From the NCBI RefSeq assembly GCF_009914755.1, contig NC_060942.1: a stretch of 64,000 bases of DNA. One strand, written 5' to 3'. The position numbers and the translations under genes are program-made. Source of the stretch: the human T2T-CHM13v2.0 reference genome, Homo sapiens. Under the pieces are notes generated by a model that was not told the origin of the DNA, searched no databases, and was given only the letters and a program-made list of their open reading frames with translations. Positions 55,101 through 64,000 of the stretch are shown here, piece by piece (positions within the stretch are counted from its first letter, which is position 1; each line of letters begins with the position of its first letter).

Positions 55101-58100
55101 CTAGTTTCTGATGTGTGTCCTCAACTAACACAGTTGTACATTTCTTTAGACAGAACAGTTTTGAAACACTCTTTTTGTGGAATCTGCAAGTGGATATTTG
55201 GGTAGATTTGAGGATTTCGTTGGAAACGGGATTACATATAAAAAGCAGTCAGCAGCATTCTCAGAAAATTCTTTGTGATGATTGCATTCAAGTCACAGAA
55301 TTGAACATTCCCTTTCATAGAGCAGGTTTGAAACACTCTTTTTGTAGTGTGTGTAAGTGGACATTTGGAGCGCTTTCCGGCCTAAGGTGAAAAAGGACAT
55401 ATCTTCCCATAAAAATTAGACAGAAGCATTCTCAGAAACTTACTCGTGATGTGTGTCCTCAACTAAAGGAGTAGAACCTTTCTATTCATAGAGAAGATTT
55501 GAAACGCTCTTTTTGTGGAATCTCCAAGTGGATATTTGGCTAGTTTTGAGGATTTCGTTGGAAGCGGGAATTCATACAAATTGCAGACTGCAGCGTTCTG
55601 AGAAACATCTTTGTGATGTTTGTATTCAAGACACAGAGATGAACATTCCCTATCATAGAGCATGTTGGAATCACTCCTTTTGTAGTATCTGGAAGTGGAC
55701 ATTTGGAGCGCTTTCAGGCCTATGTTGAAAAAGGAAATATCTTCCCATAACAACTAGACACAAGCATTCTCAGAAACTTGTTTGTGATGTGTGCCCTCTA
55801 CTGACAGAGTTGAACCTTTCTTTTCATAGAGCAGTTTTGAAACACTCTTTTTGTAGAATCCGCAAGAGGATATTTGCATAGCTTTGAGGATTTCGTGGGA
55901 AACGGGATTGTCTTCAGGTAAAATCTAGACAGAAGCATTCTCAGAAACTTCTTTGGGATGTTTGCATTCAAGTCACAGAGTAGAACATTCCCTTTGGTAG
56001 AGCAGGTTTGAAACACTCTTTTTGTAGTATCTGGAAGTGGACATTTGGAGCGCTTTCAGGCCCATGTTGGAAAGGGAAATATCTTCCCGTAACAACTAGG
56101 CAGAAGCATTCTCAGAAACTTATTTGAGATGTGTGGACTCAACTAAGAGAATTGAACCACCGTTTTGAAGGAGCAGTTTTGAAACACTCTTTTTCTGGAA
56201 TCTGCAAGAGTATATTTGCCTAGCCTTGAGGATTTCGTTGGAAACGGGATTGTCTTCAGATAAAATCTAGACAGAAGCATTCTCAGAAACTTCTTTGGGA
56301 TGTTTGCATTCAAGTCACAGAGTAGAACATTCCCTTTGGTAGAGCAGGTTTGAAACACTCTTTTTTTAGTATATGGAAGGACATTTGGAGCGCTTTCAGG
56401 CCTACGTTGGAAAAGGAAATATCTTCCCATAACAACTAGACAGAAGCATTCTCAGAAACTAGTTTCTGATGTGTGTCCTCAACTAACACAGTTGAACTTT
56501 TCTTTAGACAGAACAGTTTTGAAACACTCTTTTTGTGGAATCTGCAAGTGGATATTGGGCTAGATTTGAGGATTTCGTTGGAAACGGGATTACATATAAA
56601 AAGCAGACAGCAGCATTCTCAGAAAGTTCTTTGTGATGATTGCATTCAAGTCACAGAATTGAACATTCCCTTTCACAGAGCAGGTTTGAAACACTCTTTT
56701 TGTAGTGTGTGTAAGTGGACATTTGGAGCGCTTTCCGGCCTAAGGTGAAAAAGGACATATCTTCCCATAAAAACTAGACGGAAGCATCCTCAGAAACTAA
56801 CTCGTGATGTGTGTCCTCAACTAAAGGAGTAGAACCTTTCTATTCATAGAGAAGTTTTGAAACGCTTTTTTTGTGGAATCTCCAAGTGGATATTTGGCTA
56901 GTTTTGAGGATTTCGTTGGAAGCGGGAATTCATACAAATTGCAGACTGCAGGGTTCTGAGAAACATCTTTGTGATGTTTGTATTCAGGACACAGAGATGA
57001 ACATTCCCTATCATAGAGCAGGTTGGAATCACTCCTTTTGTAGTATCTGGAAGTGGACATTTGGAGCGCTTTCAGGCCTATGTTGATAAAGGAAATATCT
57101 TCCCATAACAACTAGACACAAGCATTCTCAGAAACTTGTTTGTGATGTGTGCCCTCTACTGACAGAGTTGAACCTTTCTTTTCATAGAGTAGTTTTGAAA
57201 CACTCTTTTTGTAGAATCTGCAAGAGGATATTTGCATAGCTTTGAGGATTTCGTGGGAAACGGGATTGTCTTCAGGTAAAATCTAGACAGAAGCATTCTC
57301 AGAAACTTCTTTGGGATGTTTGCATTCAAGTCACAGAGTAGAACATTCCCTTTGGTAGAGTAGGTTTGAAACACTCTTTTTGTAGTATCTGGAAGTGGAC
57401 ATTTGGAGCGCTTTCAGGCCCATGTTGGAAAGGGAAATATCTTCCCGTAACAACTAGGCAGAAGCATTCTCAGAAACTTATTTGAGATGTGTGTACTCAA
57501 CTAAGAGAATTGAACCACCGTTTTGAAGGAGCAGTTTTGAAACACTCTTTTTCTGGAATCTGCAAGAGTATATTTGCCTAGCCTTGAGGATTTCGTTGGA
57601 AACGGGATTGTCTTCAGATAAAATCTAGACAGAAGCATTCTCAGAAACTTCTTTGGGATGTTTGCATTCAAGTCACAGAGTAGAACATTCCCTTTGGTAG
57701 AGCAGGTTTGAAACACTCTTTTTTTAGTATATGGAAGTGGACATTTGGAGCGCTTTCAGGCCTACGTTGGAAAAGGAAATATCTTCCCATAACAACTAGA
57801 CAGAAGCATTCTCAGAAACTAGTTTCTGATGTGTGTCCTCAACTAACACAGTTGTACATTTCTTTAGACAGAACAGTTTTGAAACACTCTTTTTGTGGAA
57901 TCTGCAAGTGGATATTGGGGTAGATTTGAGGATTTCGTTGGAAACGGGATTACATATAAAAAGCAGTCAGCAGCATTCTCAGAAAATTCTTTGTGATGAT
58001 TGCATTCAAGTCACAGAATTGAACATTCCCTTTCATAGAGCAGGTTTGAAACACTCTTTTTGTAGTGTGTGTAAGTGGACATTTGGAGCGCTTTCCGGCC

Positions 58101-61100
58101 TAAGGTGAAAAAGGACATATCTTCCCATAAAAATTAGACAGAAGCATTCTCAGAAACTTACTCGTGATGTGTGTCCTCAACTAAAGGAGTAGAACCTTTC
58201 TATTCATAGAGAAGATTTGAAACGCTCTTTTTGTGGAATCTCCAAGTGGATATTTGGCTAGTTTTGAGGATTTCGTTGGAAGCGGGAATTCATACAAATT
58301 GCAGACTGCAGCGTTCTGAGAAACATCTTTGTGATGTTTGTATTCAAGACACAGAGATGAACATTCCCTATCATAGAGCATGTTGGAATCACTCCTTTTG
58401 TAGTATCTGGAAGTGGACATTTGGAGCGCTTTCAGGCCTATGTTGAAAAAGGAAATATCTTCCCATAACAACTAGACACAAGCATTCTCAGAAACTTGTT
58501 TGTGATGTGTGCCCTCTACTGACAGAGTTGAACCTTTCTTTTCATAGAGCAGTTTTGAAACACTCTTTTTGTAGAATCCGCAAGAGGATATTTGCATAGC
58601 TTTGAGGATTTCGTGGGAAACGGGATTGTCTTCAGGTAAAATCTAGACAGAAGCATTCTCAGAAACTTCTTTGGGATGTTTGCATTCAAGTCACAGAGTA
58701 GAACATTCCCTTTGGTAGAGCAGGTTTGAAACACTCTTTTTGTAGTATCTGGAAGTGGACATTTGGAGCGCTTTCAGGCCCATGTTGGAAAGGGAAATAT
58801 CTTCCCGTAACAACTAGGCAGAAGCATTCTCAGAAACTTATTTGAGATGTGTGTACTCAACTAAGAGAATTGAACCACCGTTTTGAAGGAGCAGTTTTGA
58901 AACACTCTTTTTCTGGAATCTGCAAGAGTATATTTGCCTAGCCTTGAGGATTTCGTTGGAAACGGGATTGTCTTCAGATAAAATCTAGACAGAAGCATTC
59001 TCAGAAACTTCTTTGGGATGTTTGCATTCAAGTCACAGAGTAGAACATTCCCTTTGGTAGAGCAGGTTTGAAACACTCTTTTTTTAGTATATGGAAGTGG
59101 ACATTTGGAGCGCTTTCAGGCCTACGTTGGAAAAGGAAATATCTTCCCATAACAACTAGACAGAAGCATTCTCAGAAACTAGTTTCTGATGTGTGTCCTC
59201 AACTAACACAGTTGAACTTTTCTTTAGACAGAACAGTTTTGAAACACTCTTTTTGTGGAATCTGCAAGTGGATATTGGGCTAGATTTGAGGATTTCGTTG
59301 GAAACGGGATTACATATAAAAAGCAGACAGCAGCATTCTCAGAAAGTTCTTTGTGATGATTGCATTCAAGTCACAGAATTGAACATTCCCTTTCACAGAG
59401 CAGGTTTGAAACACTCTTTTTGTAGTGTGTGTAAGTGGACATTTGGAGCGCTTTCCGGCCTAAGGTGAAAAAGGACATATCTTCCCATAAAAACTAGACG
59501 GAAGCATCCTGAGAAACTTACTCGTGATGTGTGTCCTCAACTAAAGGAGTAGAACCTTTCTATTCATAGAGAAGTTTTGAAACGCTCTTTTTGTGGAATC
59601 TCCAAGTGGATATTTGGCTAGTTTTGAGGATTTCGTTGGAAGCGGGAATTCATACAAATTGCAGACTGCAGGGTTCTGAGAAACATCTTTGTGATGTTTG
59701 TATTCAGGACACAGAGATGAACATTCCCTATCATAGAGCAGGTTGGAATCACTCCTTTTGTAGTATCTGGAAGTGGACATTTGGAGCGCTTTCAGGCCTA
59801 TGTTGATAAAGGAAATATCTTCCCATAACAACTAGACACAAGCATTCTCAGAAACTTGTTTGTGATGTGTGCCCTCTACTGACAGAGTTGAACCTTTCTT
59901 TTCATAGAGCAGTTTTGAAACACTCTTTTTGTAGAATCTGCAAGAGGATATTTGCATAGCTTTGAGGATTTCGTGGGAAACGGGATTGTCTTCAGGTAAA
60001 ATCTAGAGAGAAGCATTCTCAGAAACTTCTTTGGGATGTTTGCATTCAAGTCACAGAGTAGAACATTCCCTTTGGTAGAGTAGGTTTGAAACACTCTTTT
60101 TGTAGTATCTGGAAGTGGACATTTGGAGCGCTTTCAGGCCCATGTTGGAAAGGGAAATATCTTCCCGTAACAACTAGGCAGAAGCATTCTCAGAAACTTA
60201 TTTGAGATGTGTGTACTCAACTAAGAGAATTGAACCACCGTTTTGAAGGAGCAGTTTTGAAACACTCTTTTTCTGGAATCTGCAAGAGTATATTTGCCTA
60301 GCCTTGAGGATTTCGTTGGAAACGGGATTGTCTTCAGATAAAATCTAGACAGAAGCATTCTCAGAAACTTCTTTGGGATGTTTGCATTCAAGTCACAGAG
60401 TAGAACATTCCCTTTGGTAGAGCAGGTTTGAAACACTCTTTTTTTAGTATATGGAAGTGGACATTTGGAGCGCTTTCAGGCCTACGTTGGAAAAGGAAAT
60501 ATCTTCCCATAACAACTAGACAGAAGCATTCTCAGAAACTAGTTTCTGATGTGTGTCCTCAACTAACACAGTTGAACTTTTCTTTAGACAGAACAGTTTT
60601 GAAACACTCTTTTTGTGGAATCTGCAAGTGGATATTGGGCTAGATTTGAGGATTTCGTTGGAAACGGGATTACATATAAAAAGCAGACAGCAGCATTCTC
60701 AGAAAGTTCTTTGTGATGATTGCATTCAAGTCACAGAATTGAACATTCCCTTTCACAGAGCAGGTTTGAAACACTCTTTTTGTAGTGTGTGTAAGTGGAC
60801 ATTTGGAGCGCTTTCCGGCCTAAGGTGAAAAAGGACATATCTTCCCATAAAAATTAGACAGAAGCATTCTCAGAAACTTACTCGTGATGTGTGTCCTCAA
60901 CTAAAGGAGTAGAACCTTTCTATTCATAGAGAAGTTTTGAAACGCTCTTTATGTGGAATCTCCAAGTGGATATTTGGCTAGTTTTGAGGATTTCGTTGGA
61001 AGCGGGAATTCATACAAATTGCAGACTGCAGCGTTCTGAGAAACATCTTTGTGATGTTTGTATTCAAGACACAGAGATGAACATTCCCTATCATAGAGCA

Positions 61101-62560
61101 TGTTGGAATCACTCCTTTTGTAGTATCTGGAAGTGGACATTTGGAGCGCTTTCAGGCCTATGTTGAAAAAGGAAATATCTTCCCATAACAACTAGACACA
61201 AGCATTCTCAGAAACTTGTTTGTGATGTGTGCCCTCTACTGACAGAGTTGAACCTTTCTTTTCATAGAGCAGTTTTGAAACACTCTTTTTGTAGAATCCG
61301 CAAGAGGATATTTGCATAGCTTTGAGGATTTCGTGGGAAACGGGATTGTCTTCAGGTAAAATCTAGACAGAAGCATTCTCAGAAACTTCTTTGGGATGTT
61401 TGCATTCAAGTCACAGAGTAGAACATTCCCTTTGGTAGAGCAGGTTTGAAACACTCTTTTTGTAGTATCTGGAAGTGGACATTTGGAGCGCTTTCAGGCC
61501 CATGTTGGAAAGGGAAATATCTTCCCGTAACAACTAGGCAGAAGCATTCTCAGAAACTTATTTGAGATGTGTGGACTCAACTAAGAGAATTGAACCACCG
61601 TTTTGAAGGAGCAGTTTTGAAACACTCTTTTTCTGGAATCTGCAAGAGTATATTTGCCTAGCCTTGAGGATTTCGTTGGAAACGGGATTGTCTTCAGATA
61701 AAATCTAGACAGAAGCATTCTCAGAAACTTCTTTGAGATGTTTGCATTCAAGTCACAGAGTAGAACATTCCCTTTGGTAGAGCAGGTTTGAAACACTCTT
61801 TTTTTAGTATATGGAAGGACATTTGGAGCGCTTTCAGGCCTACGTTGGAAAAGGAAATATCTTTCCATAACAACTAGACAGAAGCATTCTCAGAAACTAG
61901 TTTCTGATGTGTGTCCTCAACTAACACAGTTGAACTTTTCTTTAGACAGAACAGTTTTGAAACACTCTTTTTGTGGAATCTGCAAGTGGATATTGGGCTA
62001 GATTTGAGGATTTCGTTGGAAACGGGATTACATATAAAAAGCAGACAGCAGCATTCTCAGAAAGTTCTTTGTGATGATTGCATTCAAGTCACAGAATTGA
62101 ACATTCCCTTTCACAGAGCAGGTTTGAAACACTCTTTTTGTAGTGTGTGTAAGTGGACATTTGGAGCGCTTTCCGGCCTAAGGTGAAAAAGGACATATCT
62201 TCCCATAAAAACTAGACGGAAGCATCCTCAGAAACTTACTCGTGATGTGTGTCCTCAACTAAAGGAGTAGAACCTTTCTATTCATAGAGAAGTTTTGAAA
62301 CGCTCTTTTTGTGGAATCTCCAAGTGGATATTTGGCTAGTTTTGAGGATTTCGTTGGAAGCGGGAATTCATACAAATTGCAGACTGCAGCGTTCTGAGAA
62401 ACATCTTTGTGATGTTTGTATTCAGGACACAGAGATGAACATTCCCTATCATAGAGCAGGTTGGAATCACTCCTTTTGTAGTATCTGGAAGTGGACATTT
62501 GGAGCGCTTTCAGGCCTATGTTGATAAAGGAAATATCTTCCCATAACAACTAGACACAAG

Positions 62561-64000
62561 CATTCTCAGAAACTTGTTTGTGATGTGTGCCCTCTACTGA
62601 CAGAGTTGAACCTTTCTTTTCATAGAGCAGTTTTGAAACACTCTTTTGTAGAATCCGCAAGAGGATATTTGCATAGCTTTGAGGATTTCGTGGAAAACGG
62701 GATTGTCTTCAGGTAAAATCTAGACAGAAGCATTCTCAGAAACTTCTTTGGGATGTTTGCATTCAAGTCACAGAGTAGAACATTCCCTTTGGTAGAGCAG
62801 GTTTGAAACACTCTTTTTGTAGTATCTGGAAGTGGACATTTGGAGCGCTTTCAGGCCCATGTTGGAAAGGGAAATATCTTCCCGTAACAGCTAGGCAGAA
62901 GCATTCTCAGAAACTTATTTGAGATGTGTGGACTCAACTAAGAGAATTGAACCACCGTTTTGAAGGAGCAGTTTTGAAACACTCTTTTTCTGGAATCTGC
63001 AAGAGTATATTTGCCTAGCCTTGAGGACTTCGTTGGAAACGGGATTGTCTTCAGATAAAATCTAGACAGAAGCATTCTCAGAAACTTATTTGGGATGTTT
63101 GCATTCAAGTCACAGAGTAGAACATTCCCTTTGGTAGAGCAGGTTTGAAACACTCTTTTTGTAGTATCTGGAAGTGGACATTTGGAGCGCTTTCAGGCCC
63201 ATGTTGGAAAGGGAAATATCTTCCCGTAACAACTAGGCAGAAGCATTCTCAGAAACTTATTTGAGATGTGTGTACTCAACTAAGAGAATTGAACCACCGT
63301 TTTGAAGGAGCAGTTTTGAAACACTCTTTTTCTGGAATCTGCAAGAGTATATTTGCCTAGCCTTGAGGATTTCGTTGGAAACGGGATTGTCTTCAGATAA
63401 AATCTAGACAGAAGCATTCTCAGAAACTTCTTTGGGATGTTTGCATTCAAGTCACAGAGTAGAACATTCCCTTTGGTAGAGCAGGTTTGAAACACTCTTT
63501 TTTTAGTATATGGAAGTGGACATTTGGAGCGCTTTCAGGCCTACGTTGGAAAAGGAAATATCTTCCCATAACAACTAGACAGAAGCATTCTCAGAAACTA
63601 GTTTCTGATGTGTGTCCTCAACTAACACATTTGAACTTTTCTTTAGACAGAACAGTTTTGAAACACTCTTTTTGTGGAATCTGCAAGTGGATATTGGGCT
63701 AGATTTGAGGATTTCCTTGGAAACGGGATTACATATAAAAAGCAGACAGCAGCATTCTCAGAAAGTTCTTTGTGATGATTGCATTCAAGTCACAGAATTG
63801 AACATTCCCTTTCACAGAGCAGGTTTGAAACACTCTTTTTGTAGTGTGTGTAAGTGGACATTTGGAGCGCTTTCCGGCCTAAGGTGAAAAAGGAAATATC
63901 TTCCCGTAAAAACTAGACAGAAGCATTCTCAGAAACTTACTCGTGATGTGTGTCCTCAACTAAAGGAGTAGAACCTTTCTATTCATAGAGAAGTTTTGAA
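62561..64000 (+). repeat. 10-mer structural variant HOR with an extra m2-m3 dimer (342 bp, ~63073-63414); runs off the window end
   Basis: Monomer order is m1 (62561), m2 (62731), m3 (62902), m2 (63073), m3 (63244), m4 (63415). Marker spacing 61911 to 63612 is 1701 bp, i.e. 1359 + 342. Confidence 0.93.

Larger units (their letters stand above)
1..64000 (+). repeat. Alpha satellite higher-order repeat array (8-mer HOR, ~1360 bp, ~47 copies); live centromeric-type array, probably SF2, best guess human chr18 D18Z1
   Basis: The alphoid motif CATTCTCAGAAAC recurs every ~171 bp, along with GTTTTGAAACACTCTTTTTGT and GTGGACATTTGGAGCGCTTT. One marker ORF recurs 47 times (738, 2098, 3457 ... 61911, 63612) at 1358-1360 bp spacing, except the last interval of 1701 bp. 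Alpha satellite identity is essentially certain. The chr18 assignment (~0.7) rests on the recalled 1.36-kb EcoRI 8-mer periodicity of D18Z1. Confidence 0.99.

Noticed and set aside
62686-62702. Variant CENP-B box TTTCGTGGAAAACGGGA as a loss-of-function box
   Set aside because: All nine core positions (TTCG, A, CGGG) are intact; the change is at a non-essential base.
88-63887. Hundreds of recurring 63-138 aa ORFs on both strands (MFQTCSTKGN..., MKHSFFSIWKW..., MSSTNTV..., MLWEDISFF...)
   Set aside because: They are translations of alpha satellite. Many start at TTG/GTG, they overlap in conflicting frames, and they are freely broken or extended by single SNVs and indels. I recognise no protein domain, and database proteins that resemble them are likely spurious satellite translations.
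29-64000. CRISPR-like pattern of a conserved motif (CATTCTCAGAAAC) with variable intervening sequence
   Set aside because: The intervening sequences are homologous ~171-bp monomers that repeat every 8 units, not unique spacers, and there are no cas genes.
1-64000. Possible L1/Alu insertion or strand inversion in the array
   Set aside because: Marker spacing stays at 1358-1360 bp apart from one +342 bp step, and all monomers and CENP-B boxes face the same way, so there is no room for foreign sequence.
1-64000. Claim that this window is the kinetochore site (CENP-A domain or CDR), or that it is transcribed
   Set aside because: This cannot be determined from sequence alone; it needs methylation, CENP-A or RNA data.

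Overview
The whole 64 kb window is one uninterrupted, single-orientation array of primate (human-type) centromeric alpha satellite. Monomers of ~171 bp (two per unit are 167 bp) alternate between CENP-B-box (B) and pJ-alpha-box (A) types and form an 8-monomer higher-order repeat (HOR) of 1358-1360 bp. There are about 47 HOR copies, each complete one with four CENP-B boxes and one EcoRI site. The high homogeneity and intact boxes fit a live (active-type) centromeric HOR array. My best guess is a dimeric SF2 array such as chromosome 18 D18Z1; this comes from recall and was not verified by search. I see no genes, RNA genes, CRISPR array, transposon insertion or inversion, and all listed ORFs are by-products of the repeat. 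I found no new gene-based system. The informative signal is the array's internal history: nested 1-, 2-, 3- and 4-HOR duplications, a change of HOR haplotypes near 41-44 kb, a short hybrid monomer tract at 47.6 kb, a 10-mer HOR variant at 62.6-64 kb, and four broken CENP-B boxes all hit at the same base. Variant positions were read by eye and from the ORF track, so they need alignment to confirm.
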